From assembly GCA_030324005.1 (NCBI GenBank), contig JARDVH010000042.1:108145391-108209390 (forward strand): a DNA stretch of 64,000 nucleotides, given 5' to 3'. The stretch comes from Negaprion brevirostris (taxonomy: Eukaryota). The position numbers were made by a program, and so were the translations under genes. Below, in pieces: positions 1 to 12,109 of this stretch (the first letter of the stretch is position 1; every line of letters starts with the position of its first letter). The notes under the pieces are model-generated. The model ran no database searches, was not told where the DNA came from, and saw only the letters and a program-made list of their open reading frames with translations.

Positions 1-1094
1 CCAGTGTGCCAATTAAGTCATGTTGCGACTCTTTAGGGTAGGTAGACGACACATGGAAAATAAATCAGTTTCCCAGTGGACCACTGCCAATGGCATTTTA
101 ATTTCCCTTCCCAAAAAAAAGACCGAGCTCCACTTTAAATGGCCACGGAGCCCAGGAGGCCTCCAGGTTTGACACTGGTTTCTTTGCCTGCAAACTTCTG
201 ATTCCAGACAGAGCAGCTGCGAAGGCACTCCAGCTGGGTCTTGGTGCCTGCAGGTTGGAAGGTGGGAGAAATTATTCATTAGATTTTGCTGCTGAAAACG
301 GCCCAGTAATCCTGTTGGAAAGTGTGCGTGAGGATATCGGTTGAGAGCAGGATAAGTTCTGGCCCTGCTTGTCAGCAAACTGCTCATTTATGAGTGACTT
401 TCACTGTAAAGGGAAAACAGACACTCTGTTGTTCAGCCAGCACCAGCATGGTTTAAGAAAGGAAGCAACAAATCTAGGAAGAAGTAAAACATAACATTGA
501 GTGCATTTGTTAGAAATAAAGAAAAGGTGTGATGTCCTTTTTTTTTATCAAGAAAGGCTGCAGGAAAGAAAAGCTGGGTAAACAGAAAGCAGCTGCAGTG
601 TTTAATGATTTTTATGGCTTAAACTTTTTAAGTTTAAAAAAACTTTTCTTTATGCTTGAATAGTTTTATTACTGTAATGTTCAGCTTTTTTCAGCTTCGT
701 GATGTGAAAGCAGAAAGCTTTCACAAAAACGGCTGGCCCAGGGAGCTTGCAAATTGCTGGCGCAGTCAAAAGTCTCAGGGCTAAATAGAAGATCATACAT
801 CTTTTTTTTCTTTTAACTGTTATCTGTGTCCAAACATTCCTTTGAACGTCCCTCAGAATAAATTCTCTTTTACTGAAGCGCATCAAATCGCAGTTCTAAT
901 ATGTTTTATTTTAAAAATGACAACCGAGTTAAATGGTTTTTATTCCGCAACAGAAATAATGGTAAAGTAAATTCATGAGGCACCTTATGATTTGCTGCTG
1001 GCAAAATGTAAGATCTGAAATAAATAGAAAATCAAGGCTTATGGATGGTAATGGAGTTGATGGAGGTATTGCATTACTTCACAAGAGATCATGG

Positions 1095-1248
1095 GTAGAA
1101 GAAAATACTAAGATAGGAACCGGAATGGGCCATTTAACCCCTCAATTCTCTTCTGCCATTCAATAAGATCACAGCTAATTGCCCATATTCCTTAATACCT
1201 TTGGTGAACAAAAAGCTACCGATCTCTGTTTTAAAATTGACAATAGAT
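1095..1248 (-). mobile_element. CR1 LINE 3' end fragment
   Basis: Matches the reverse complement of the CR1 3' UTR at 9500-9595 (ggccatttaacccctc...ctgccattcaataagatcacagct). Confidence 0.7.
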
Positions 1249-1250
1249 TC

Positions 1251-1463
1251 CGGTGGGATTTTCCAGCCATTTGATGATCCCACCGATGACAACCACCTAC
1301 CATCTTGGGTTCCCTGGTAGTAGAGGGTGCAAATGATGGATAACCTTGTTGACAGTGGCAGGACCAGAGGATCCCGCCAACAGGCAATGGCGGGCCATCT
1401 CTGCCATTGTAATGCATATCGTACAGGGGGTGGGGTGGGTTAGGGTTGGAAAATCTCTCGTCC
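1251..1463. mobile_element. Short TIR-bounded non-autonomous element (MITE-like)
   Basis: Starts ggtgggattttcc and ends ggaaaatctctcgtcc. Internally similar to 53661-53835 (ttccYtggtRgYagagggtg...ttgacagtgg). Confidence 0.65.
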
Positions 1464-1839
1464 ATAGTATCAATTGTTGTTGGGAGAGAGTTCCAAACAC
1501 CATCACACTATGCATGAATAAGTATTTCATAATTTCATTTTGGTTCTATCTCTATCATTTACATTATGCTCCATAATCCTATATTCCCCAACTAAATAGT
1601 TTCTGCCAATCTAATCTCTTTTATTCTCTTTATTTAAAACACAAAGAAATGTTAATGTAAGGAAGACTTTTATACTGAAAATCATTTTATTCCTTTACAA
1701 ATTCTGTTCTGTTCCCCCCCCCCTCCCCCGTTTAAATATTTACTGCCTATTGGAGTCCACAGCTATCCTTGGATATCTCACTTAAATGATCGTTATTCCT
1801 TCAAGAACCTTGGCTATGAGGACTTGATTCTAAGGAATT

Positions 1840-2042
1840 TCATAGACGCACCCTTGCTCTTGTGACATCCACAAATGTTCACTTTAGCAGGGTCAGTGGA
1901 GAGCAACACCCCTGGATGATTTGTTTTTTCATCACCCTGAGAGATGATTAGGATCAGCAAACTCTCTGTAGATTTAGCATTGAATTGGTGGCCTTCCTAG
2001 CCTCAGCTATTGATAGATGGTCTCAATGAGCTATCAAGGGAC
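1840..2042 (-). mobile_element. Ancient, highly decayed SINE-like repeat
   Basis: Loose similarity to 10365-10605, 45820-46085 and, in the opposite orientation, 5985-6160. Confidence 0.4.
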
Positions 2043-2904
2043 CCTACTCCCTGTGAACAAAATTTTGCATGGCATAACTGTTTCTATTTACGATCAGTTA
2101 CTTTGCTGGAGAAGGATGGCTACAATGGAATCCTGCCAGTCGATAGTAAATTGCAATAGTTTGTGGCTGCTTGCCAATGCTTCATTTGTTATTTACTAAG
2201 TACTTATCAATTAAATTGGTGCTTGGAAGTTTTACATGTGTAAACTCAGGTAAGTACATTGGCAAAGTAATAAAATGAATTTCATTAAAGGGTGAATGGG
2301 GAAAAAGGTCCTTAAGAATAGAAGGTTGATTGGGCTTTTGCAGTAATTTTCTGTCAGTTAAAGGAAGCAAAATAAGTGAAGCTCATTGTTTGTCTGAAAC
2401 CGACTTTGTGCCACTGTTTATGCACACGGTTCTCTTGATCGTTGAGTAGCTAAATGTGTGATGTGGTCTGAGCATTACAAGCCAGGATGCTTTAAGGTGT
2501 TATTATTGAGCTTTGTTAAGCGAGTTGATCACAGCTGGAAAAGATCAACAAGGCTTGGAGTTGGCCTTACTATCTCCCAAGGTCGGAAGAGTTGTCTGTC
2601 TTTGCCTGCTTCTCAAGATTGTATGCAATGACTCATGCTTAAAATGTACTTTTGTGAATGCTAGATCAGAATATTGAATTCATTTGTGATAACCACCTGA
2701 TTTTAGTTTATCAACTTCCATTGTACAGACTGCAGGCAAGCCTACATGCGCTGGTGTTGTTCTCCGGCCCAGATGTGGAGGGTTTGCGGCAGGAAAGACA
2801 TTCAATGCCATTAAACCACACATCCAATCCAAAAATGGTAATTGATGTGAAGGCTGATCAACCAGCATTGTGTCCCATGTGACACAGCAGGAAAAGTTGA
2901 AAGA

Positions 2905-3585
2905 GAGACAGGGGGCTGATGTGGGCATCACTGGTAAAGTCAGATTTTATTGCCTATCCTTAATTTCCCTCGAGTATGTGGTGGTGAATTGTCACATGAT
3001 ATTAGGGAGGAAGCTTCAGGATTTTGACCCTGTGGTAAAAGAATGGAGGTATATTTTGGTGAGTGACTAGGAAGGGTGTTGCAGATTGTGGTGTTCACAT
3101 CTGTCTGCTGCCCTAGTTCTTCTAGGTGGCAGAGGTGGGAAGATTTGGAAGTTGTTGTCAGGGAGCTTCTGATGTTGCAGTGCATCTTGTAGATGGTACA
3201 TAGTACTGCCACTTTGCATTAGTGTCAGATGGAATGGATAATTAAAATGGTGGATGGGGTACCAATCACGGAGACTGCTTTTCCGTGCTGGTGTTGAGTT
3301 TGATGGAGCCACACTCATACAAGCAGGTGAAGAGTATCCTAACACATCGCCGACTTGTGCATTGTAGAAGGTGCACAGGTTTTAGGGAGTCAGGAGGCAA
3401 ATAACTTGCTGCAGAATTCCCATTTTCACATTTGGAAAATGTCCACTTGAGTGAGATGATGATGGGGGCCCAGCACCGATGGAAGTGTGATTCTAGATAG
3501 AAACCATTACCTTTGGGTAAGGCTAGAGTGCTGAGGTTGGATTTTCCACTGATTTTAAAGGACTGGTGGGCCAGCATTGCATCGT
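2905..3585 (-). mobile_element. CR1/L2-group LINE 3' fragment (ORF2 C-terminus plus 3' UTR)
   Basis: Decayed peptides LGYSSPACMSVAP and AVLCTIYKMHC in minus-strand ORFs. Homologous, in inverted orientation, to 4925-5325. Confidence 0.75.
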
Positions 3586-3751
3586 ACACTTCATATGATG
3601 CATATTATGTATACTAATGCATATTAATTTTGAAAACTCTGTGTAAGGAAGCTGTTGAATGAAAGGAGTGATTGCAACTGATTGTTGTAGGCTTGCCAAT
3701 TTCAATATTGGGACAGCACTAGTTGCGCCATTGTTCCTGGTTGGAACCAAC

Positions 3752-4090
3752 GAAAAGGACTTGTATTTACATTGGGATGAAAGATACAATGTGCTTCAAA
3801 GTGAGTGAATGGTTTCTGCAGCATGGTTAATGTTGTTATGTAGATAAATGCAGTAGTCAGTTGTGTGCATCAAGATCCTATTACACAAATGCTCAGAATA
3901 GTCTGGTCACCAAGATTATGCTCTTTGAGTAGTACCATTTAATGTTTTACACCAACATGAGAGATAGCACCTCTGACAGCAGCACCCCTTCAATACTGTA
4001 CTGAATTGTTAGCCTAGTGCCCGGTGACTGGAATGGTTCTTGAACCTGTATCATCTGACCCAGAGTGGGCAAGTTGCCATCAGATGAGGT
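3752..4090 (-). mobile_element. DeuSINE (SacSINE1-like), decayed
   Basis: agcacctctgacagcagcaccccttcaatactgtactg is the reverse complement of the core at 62985-63020. Head with B-box-like ttgaacc near 4040. Confidence 0.75.
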
Positions 4091-4726
4091 TAACACCTTC
4101 ATGAGATGAAGGTCAAGCATTGGTACTGCCACCAAAATGAAGTAAAACAGCTTGATGTACAAGGTTCAAGTGAAAGTTCTTTTCCTTTGTTATTGGGGTC
4201 TGGTATGTGTGATCATATTAAGTTGAGTGGAGTGTAAAAAGTTACCTTTTCTGATGGTGATGTCTGATTCAGGTGAACCAAAAGCACATTGCTTGGCTAT
4301 TTTTTTACCAGGACTTCATCAGAAATCAGGGTAATTCCACAACCTCCAGTTTAATGAGCTGGTTGACACCTGTTTTGGAACAATGTCAANNNNNNNNNNA
4401 TTTTCCTGGATGAAAGACATCTTTAGAATTTTCTTGAGGATGAAGGTAGTACATGAGGACTTTTCAAAGTGGTTTTGATTTGGAAATATTCTAATTATTC
4501 ACTGCCATGTGAAGAAAATTTGAGGAGAATGAATTAGGCTAGAACATTGCTCATTCACATGCCTGGGACAATGTAACACCTCACACCACCAGCTGTGAGC
4601 TCCTTGAGCAACTTAATATCTCAGTGTGTTTCATACAAATCCTTGCATTCATTAGTTTTTCTGCGCACCGCCTGCATTATTTGATGGATAAGGTCTGTGT
4701 TCCTTGACAGACTCTGGGATCTATGA

Positions 4727-4898
4727 GTTTAATTTCCTCTGCGTGTTACATTTACTGTACTGCTGAAATTTGCTGGAGAAATGTTTCTGTGCAACGTGTA
4801 AGCTATGGATTTAAATTGATTCATGACTCTTGAAATGCTGGAATCTGTCTACATGGGTTAATTGGACCAATAAAATTTGCACCCAGAGGAAATTAAAC
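4727..4898. mobile_element. 172-bp element with perfect 15-bp terminal inverted repeat
   Basis: gtttaatttcctctg (4727-4741) and cagaggaaattaaac (4884-4898), extending imperfectly to about 29 bp. Confidence 0.6.
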
Positions 4899-4924
4899 CT
4901 GCTGCTGGAAGTTACACACCCAAA

Positions 4925-5325
4925 ATCACTCCCTTTCACCACCAGTACCATGTGGCAGCAGTGTTAGCAATCTAGAAGACGTGATTTAGCAATTTGCCAT
5001 GGCTCCTTTGGCTACACCTCCAAAACCAATAACCCCCATCACCTAGAAAGACAAGGGCAGTGGGTGTGTGGGAACGTCAGCACATGCAAGTATTCCTCCA
5101 AGTCGCATGTTGCCCTGACTTGGAAATATGTCACCATTCCTTCATTGTTGCAGGGTCAAAATCCTGGAACTCCCAACCGAACAGCAGTATGAGTGTACTG
5201 ACACCAGACGACTCTGCATCAGTTGTTGAATCACAATTGCCCTTGCAAAGATAATGAGGACTGGACAAAATAATTTTGGCTTTTGCCCATGATGTTTAAC
5301 CTGCCAATGACTAAATAAAATAAAA
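4925..5325 (+). mobile_element. CR1/L2-group LINE 3' fragment, same family as 2905-3585
   Basis: cagggtcaaaatcctggaactccc here matches gggaggaagcttcaggattttgaccctg at about 3005-3032. Ends in an A-rich tail. Confidence 0.75.
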
Positions 5326-5984
5326 ATTGGATTGGTCATCGATAAAGAACACAGCAGGAGCCACTTAGATTCACGCCGCCGACCAGCAACGTTCCTTCTC
5401 TATTTGCAGAAGCTACACTGTGATTGCTGATCATGTGCAACTTATATCAACACTGTCAAAATGTGTATGTTATTTGAATGTTACTTCAATGTGACATATC
5501 TGATAGTCTTTTGGCCTTCTGGGTTGACATCTCCATACTTTACTCAGATAATCAGCCAAAAAGCAGTCGTGCCCTGAAGTTACAGTTTGCTTAGTTTTCT
5601 GACTATGTTTATTTTTTCTGTTGCTTTTTTTTAGGCGCCTTAAAGAAAGTAAATTTTAACTGGCTCATTGAAGATTTATTCTCCTAATCAATCAGCATTA
5701 CTTTCTTAAAAAAAGTAAAATTGATTTTGTTTAATTTTTGTTTTTTTTTGATCTTTTACCATGGTTGCATCCTGTGTGTAAAGCCAACAAGAACTTTGTG
5801 TTTATTATCTGTGAATCAGTTGAAGTGGGCTGCATGGCAGTATTGTTTTGGAATAGTGCGTACAATCAGAGCTTAAACTGCAATGATGTAGGGCTGTACA
5901 TCAGAACGCCACCATTTTAGAAGATTATAGCTATCTTCAAAGCTCCTCTCAAAGTGCTCCTTCAATTCTCCAGCACTTGGTTAC

Positions 5985-6160
5985 TGGAACTCAGCTTGGG
6001 TTGTGGCTGGAATGTTATAATTGATTTCCGTATTCCAGAGGCAGGGAAGGGTCAGTCCGATTTAGGATTCTCACTCCTGATTACTATCTGGAGACTTTCA
6101 ATAAATATTTGTCTGTGAAAGTTGGGTGATGACAAAAAATTGGGTGAGAATGAATTAAAA
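5985..6160 (+). mobile_element. Ancient SINE-like repeat fragment
   Basis: ggattctcactcctgattactatctgg resembles the reverse complement of ccagattgtagccaggagtgttgaatcc at about 10410-10437. Confidence 0.45.
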
Positions 6161-6764
6161 TGGGGTGAGACAGAAAACGAGCTGCCAATTTGCTATCACC
6201 CGTTGTTACACACAGTCATATAAATCAAAATCTGTCCCTGTGACTCCAGGAAAAAATGTAAACTAAACAAAAGTTTGCAATGTGATTACTCTGGAAGACC
6301 TTGCATGAATTTCTGTTAATGTTTATAACTTTATAAGAAAGGTTTAATGATTAGCCTGACCAGCTTCTTCACCTCCGCCTTGATCTTTGTATGTATTTCT
6401 CAACATTGAACAGCTGGTATTTTCTAAAGTATTATTTCATAGTAATGTTATTTTGGGAGTGACGGTGGTTCTTTTTGTTTATGCATTTTGACTGGATAAT
6501 AGAAAAGCAATATGTTGCAACTCGAGAATAATTCTTTATCTGTAAATCTGAAAACCAAACACATCTGCACTTTTTTTAAAATCCCAATGACCTTTAGCAT
6601 GGGAACTCGAGTTGTTTGTCTGCGTTGTTTACCTTGTGATTGTTGTGGTGAGCGTGTCAAAAAGAAACTTATTGCAGGTACCCTGTGTTTATTATCAGTG
6701 AAATTTTACTTTTCTAACCATTTGATTTGCTTCAGTTAGTTTAGACTTAGGTTGTTGTAATGTA

Positions 6765-7278
6765 TTTTTGATTTGATTTANNNNNNNNNNNNNNNNNNNN
6801 NNNNNNNNNNNNNNNNNNNNNNNNNNNNNNNNNNNNNNNNNNNNNNNNNNNNNNNNNNNNNNNNNNNNNNNNNNNNNNNNNNNNNNNNNNNNNNNNNNNN
6901 NNNNNNNNNNNNNNNNNNNNNNNNNNNNNNNNNNNNNNNNNNNNNNNNNNNNNNNNNNNNNNNNNNNNNNNNNNNNNNNNNNNNNNNNNNNNNNNNNNNN
7001 NNNNNNNNNNNNNNNNNNNNNNNNNNNNNNNNNNNNNNNNNNNNNNNNNNNNNNNNNNNNNNNNNNNNNNNNNNNNNNNNNNNNNNNNNCAAGCTGTGAT
7101 ACAACCAGAAAGAATGCTTTCTATGGTGCATCTGTAAAAGTTGGTGAGAGTCATAGCAGACATGCCGAATTTCCTTAGTGTTCTGAGAAAGTAGAGGCAT
7201 TGATGGACTTTCTTAACTATCACGTCTGCGTGGAGGGACCAGGGCAGGATGTTGGTGATCTGGACACCTGGAAACTTT
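6765..7278 (-). mobile_element. Rex1/Babar LINE 3' fragment spanning an N gap
   Basis: Peptide KVHQCLYFLRTLRKFGMSAMTLTNFYRCTIESILSGCITA is typical of the Rex1/Babar RT C-terminal region. An (AAATC)n-like tail lies on the other side of the gap. Confidence 0.85.
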
Positions 7279-7374
7279 GTGGGTTTATATGCCGAAAATT
7301 GAAATTATCTGAAATCCTAAACAGAATTGGCTCTGAGGGTTTTCAGAAAAAGGGATACTCGACATCTTTGTAAG

Positions 7375-7835
7375 AGAGAAAGATAACAGAATTGGTTGTT
7401 ACACAGAGGGACATGCATATCTTGGTACATGAATCCCAAAAGGTTAACATATATGTATATATATAAAACACACTATGGCAAATGATTAGGAAAGCAAATA
7501 GTATGTTTTTGTTAATTGCAACGGGGATATAAAAATAGGAATATTTTGCTATAGCTGTATAGAGTCTTGGTGAGTACTGCTTCAGAAAAGCAGCCAACAT
7601 AATCAAAGACCCCACGGACTCCGAACATACTCTCTTCCACCCTCTTCCTTCCGGAAAAAATACAAGTCCTGAGAACAAATGTGGAGTACTGTGCACAGCT
7701 TTTGTCTCCTTATTTAAGAAAGGATGAAATTAGTTCAGAGAAGGTTGACATTACTGACTCATGGGATGAAGGGATTGTCTTGTGAGAAAAGACTGGACAT
7801 GTTGGCCTGTATCTATTGGAGTTTAGAAGAACAAG
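7375..7835 (+). mobile_element. CR1 ORF2 C-terminal fragment (copy A, part 1)
   Basis: Decayed QRD(L)G..VHESQK, EYCAQ..SPYLRKD and VQRR motifs. Continues at 9238. Confidence 0.8.
7575..7678 (+). mobile_element. Rex1/Babar LINE fragment nested in CR1
   Basis: Encodes CFRKAANIIKDPTDSEHTLFHPLPSGK, matching the Rex1 C-terminal DP.HP...LF..LPSG.RY motif. Confidence 0.8.
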
Positions 7836-7935
7836 GTGTAGGTTAGGTTGCCGTATATGTATATTAACCTTTTGGGATTCATGTTCCAGGGCATGCATGT
7901 CCCTCTGTGTAACAACCAATTCTGTGTAGGTTAGG

Positions 7936-9101
7936 GCAATGCTATTGATGTAGTCTACTTGGATTTCAGTTAAGCTTTTGACAAGGTCCTACTGGGAGAC
8001 TGTTGAAGAAGGTAAGAGCCCCTGGGGTCCAGGGCAGTTTGGAAAATTGGATCCAAAATTGGCTTAGTGGCGCGAGGTAGAGAGTGCTGGTCAAAGGCTG
8101 CTTCTGTGACTGGAAGCCTGTGTCCAGTGGTGTACCGCAGGGATCGGCGCTGAGTCCTTTGCTGTTTGTAATTGACGTTAGTGATCAGTAAATTCACAGA
8201 TTACATAGAAATTGTTGGTATGGTAAATAGTGTGGAGAAAAGCATGAGATTACAGGACAATATAGACGGGCTGATCAGATGGACAGAGCAGTGGCAACTA
8301 GAATTTAACTCTGAAAAATGTGAGGTGATGCATTTTGGGAGGATAAACAAGGCAAGAGAATATACAATGAACAACAGAATGCTCAGAAGTGCAGAGGACT
8401 AATGGAACCTTGGGGAGGATATCCAAAGATCTCTGCAGCAGGGCAGATAGATAAGGTGGTTAAGATGGCATATGAGATACTTATCTTTATTAGCGAAGGC
8501 CTGGATTATAAGAGCAACGAGGTTATGATGGAGCTATATAAAATGCTCATTATACCACAGCTGGAGAACTGTGTGGAATCTGGTTGCCACACTAAGAAAG
8601 ATTTGATTGCACTCAAAAGCGTGCATAGAGATTCACCAGGATGATGCCTGAATGGAATGTTTCAGCTATGAAGAGAGGCTGGTTTGGCTGGGGTTGTTTT
8701 CCTTGGAGCAGAAAAGACTGAGGGGAGAGCTGATTGAAGTATTCAAAATTATGAAGGACATAGGTCGGATGGGATAGATAGGAAGAAACTTTTCCCCTTT
8801 ATTTGAGGGGTCAATAACTGGGGGCATAGGTTTAAAGTAATGGGCAGGAGGTTGAGAGGAAATGTGAGAAAAAACCTCTTAACTGAGAGGGTGGTGGCAA
8901 TCTAGAAATCATTGCCCCAGAGGGTGGTAGAGTCAGGAACCCTCACAATATTTGCAAAGTATTTTGATGAGCACTTGAAACACCAAAGCATACACAGCTA
9001 CAGACGAAATGTTGGAAAATGGAATTAGAATCGATATGTGCTTGTTAGCCAGCACAGACGCGATGGACCGAAGGGTCTCTTACTGTGCTGTAAAACTCTC
9101 T
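7936..9101 (+). mobile_element. CR1 LINE RT domain to 3' end (copy B), decayed
   Basis: AIDVVYLDFS*AFDKV, SGVPQGSALSPLLFVI, ISKFTDYIEI, WQLEFNSEKCEVMHFG, and a CR1 tail (gatggaccgaagggtct...ctgtgctgtaaaactct). Contains stops and frameshifts. Confidence 0.92.
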
Positions 9102-9228
9102 GGCAGGAATCTCATGACCTTGCCTGCTATGAGAATTGGAGTGAGTGAGAGATGGGCAATGGAAAGGTCCATTGACCTCAGGTGGGATTTTATGGTTTTC
9201 GGATGTGCGCAGCTGCAAAATTCTGCCC
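9102..9228. mobile_element. 127-bp MITE-like element
   Basis: Imperfect TIR ggcaggaatct...aaaattctgccc. Same family as the two copies at 22314-22565. Confidence 0.7.
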
Positions 9229-9237
9229 TGTGGCTCT

Positions 9238-9595
9238 AATGAGAGGTGAACTGATTAAAATGCAATCAAGAGATTTGGTGGGGTAAATATTGAGAGGATG
9301 TTTCCCCCTGTGGGAGAGAACTTGGGGGCCTTCAGATAAGACAGAGATGAGGAGAAATTTTTACTCTCAAAGGGTTGTAGTCTGTGGAATTCTCTTCCCT
9401 TGAGAGATGTGGAGGCAGGGCATTTAATTGTCTTGAGGTTAAATTCGATAAATTCTTGTTTAACATGGGAGTCAATGTTTACTGATGGTAGACAGGAAAG
9501 TAGAGTTGAGGCCACAATTAGATCAGCCATGATCTTAAAATGGTAAAACAAGCTTGAGGGGCTGAATGGCCTATTCCTGCTTCTAACTCATACCC
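9238..9595 (+). mobile_element. CR1 3' end (copy A, part 2)
   Basis: Begins MRGELI, the continuation of LEFRR at about 7830. EMRRNFYSQRVV motif and CR1 3' UTR (agatcagccatgatc...gaggggctgaatggcctattcctgct). Confidence 0.85.
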
Positions 9596-10364
9596 AGTTA
9601 ATTCTAATATGAACTTTTGTTTGTGACTTTCCGATCACTGTGCAAAGGCCTTTTGTAATATCAAGTGAAAATTAGAATTGGCAACACTGGGGCACACCAG
9701 ATAGGTTCAGACACATTCAACAGATTAGAGGATTTTGGCAGCTTTACCTGTTTCCATATAAATTTCAGTTTCCACCTTTGACTCCCTTGGTATTTTGCAA
9801 AGCTGGTTAAAAATCTTGATGGGCGGTTGTATGGGCTCTAGGGATAAACTAATTCTTGCAGGGTTATGTACACATCCTAAGCGCATTAAAACTTGGACGA
9901 TTGTCCACTGTTGGAGGAGCAGCTATAAATATCTGGACTGTAAAACATTCTTCAGGAATGCAATCGATCCTTGNNNNNNNNNNATCCTTGACCTAAGCAA
10001 ACCAAAACCCACAACTTCATTGCCGTTTTTGTTTTCCAGTAAGATGTTCAGCAAAATAATTAATAAATTACAACTTCATTTGATGGCACCTGCTTGCAGA
10101 TTTTAAAAAACACGTTTTAAAACTGATTCTGTTTCCAATCATCTCTTCTTCCCTGAAGGCTTTGGTGTGAGGTTGCACAACATTGATAGACTTCCATTAC
10201 CTCAGCCAAGACAATTGAGTCACTCCACATGTGATGTCCCTGAGTTTCCCTTTGTTACCACTCCAAAGTAATTTCAGCTACCCTAATAACCTCACCAAAT
10301 TTGGCTTTCTTCAATAATAATTCTGGACCGTAATTGCTGCCAGATCTTTCATTCATGAAAGGCA

Positions 10365-10605
10365 CCAAACCCTCCACTGAGCCCACATGTATACACTCTA
10401 CAGGGGTGACCAGATTGTAGCCAGGAGTGTTGAATCCTGCTTGAATTTTCCATTTTCTCATCCCAGATCCATTAGGCTAGTTGTTTAGCCCTTACTAACA
10501 TTCTTGGATATAATCAGCACAGATCTGAGATTGAATCTGGGAACCTCCTAGTCTGTGTGGTTCAGCAGCATACCGAGCGGTGTAATTGTCCACTGTGATA
10601 CTGAG
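10365..10605 (-). mobile_element. Ancient tRNA-headed SINE-like repeat
   Basis: Reverse complement has aggttcccagattcaatctc (B-box-like). Related to the copies at 1840, 5985 and 45820. Confidence 0.5.
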
Positions 10606-10720
10606 CAGCATTTCCATATCAACATTCTTATTTAAATGTTGACTTTTGGTACAACCCGACCAAAGATTAAAACAAAATCATGCATCATTATATCTCAGGA
10701 ATGTCCAAAGCGTTTCATAA

Positions 10721-11053
10721 CATGGTGGGACAGTGGTTAGCACAGGGCAGCACATTGGCACAGTGGTTAGCTCTGCTGCCTCAAAGAGCGAGGGACCCAG
10801 GTTCAGTTCTGGCCTTGGATGACTGTGTGGAGTTTGTATATTCTCCCCGTGTCTGTGTGGATTTTCTCCAGGTGCTCTGGTTTCCTGCTGAACTCCAGGT
10901 CAGGCGGATTGGCCATGCTAAGTTGCCCCTTAGTCCCGAAAAGCAAAGGATAGGTAGATGTACAGAGTTAGTGGGATAGGGTGGTGGTATTTCGATGAGT
11001 CTGCATCGACTCTGGGCCAAATGGCCTCCTTCTGCACCATAAGGATGCCATGG
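10721..11053 (+). mobile_element. HE1-type V-SINE with duplicated 5' head
   Basis: tRNA-derived head (tggcacagtggttag A box, ggttcagttc B box), V-domain, and CR1-type tail gggccaaatggcctccttctgcac. Confidence 0.9.
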
Positions 11054-11539
11054 TTACAGTGATGGGAAGGAATGAGCCATTGATGGATTTAAAAACAAGA
11101 ATGAGAATTTTTAAATCAAGATGTTGCTTGATAGGGAGGCAATATAGGTCAGCAAGTATAGGGTGGGTAACTGTTGGTGTTAAGACAAGAACACAGAGCT
11201 TTGCATGACCTGGGGGGTTCATGGACGGTTGAATGTGGAAAACTAGCCAGGAGAGTATTGGAATAGTTGAGTGTCGAGGAAATTAAATCATTAATGAGGG
11301 TTTCAGCAGCAGATGAGATGGAAATGGGTGTTATTACGGAGATGGAGGTTGGCTGTCTTTGTGATGGCATGCATATGCGGCTGGAAGCTGGTTTTGGGGT
11401 CAAATGTGACCCCAGAATTGGTTTAGTCTTAGACTTTTGCTAGGGAGAGCAATGGAATCAGTAGCTAGGGAACCGAGTTTGGAACAGGGACCAGTATTTA
11501 ACTGGAGGAAATTTCTGATTACTTATTTCTGTTTAACAG
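11054..11539 (-). mobile_element. L2 LINE ORF2 C-terminal fragment
   Basis: Peptides SAAETLINDLISSTLNYSNTLLASFP and HPILADLYCLPIKQHLDLKILILVFKSING match the L2 pattern HITP.L..LHWLP...RI.FK. Confidence 0.88.
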
Positions 11540-12109
11540 NNNNNNNNNNNNNNNNNNNNNNNNNNNNNNNNNNNNNNNNNNNNNNNNNNNNNNNNNNNNN
11601 NNNNNNNNNNNNNNNNNNNNNNNNNNNNNNNNNNNNNNNNNNNNNNNNNNNNNNNNNNNNNNNNNNNNNNNNNNNNNNNNNNNNNNNNNNNNNNNNNNNN
11701 NNNNNNNNNNNNNNNNNNNNNNNNNNNNNNNNNNNNNNNNNNNNNNNNNNNNNNNNNNNNNNNNNNNNNNNNNNNNNNNNNNNNNNNNNNNNNNNNNNNN
11801 NNNNNNNNNNNNNNNAGCCCAGGGGAAGTATATGGCGAAGGGGGTGTATGATTATATGTAAATACATTAACATGCGAGGGGCAGAAAAATCAGAGATTGT
11901 GATCTAGCTGACGAGATTCGCAATTTGCAGGATCTTGAGCCCCCGCTGCCGATCCCGTATACAAAATGGGTTCAAGATCCCGCCTACTATCTATTGAAAT
12001 ATTTGACTATCCATCAGCTTATCTCCTGTCAGTTTGTCTGTCTGTCCATATAAATTGCATAGAAGCATGGGGACAAGTGTAACTCTTTCACTTCTGAGTC
12101 AGAAGTTCA

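Noticed and set aside
13-387. 124-aa minus-strand ORF
   Set aside because: No recognisable domain or splice context, and within chance length.
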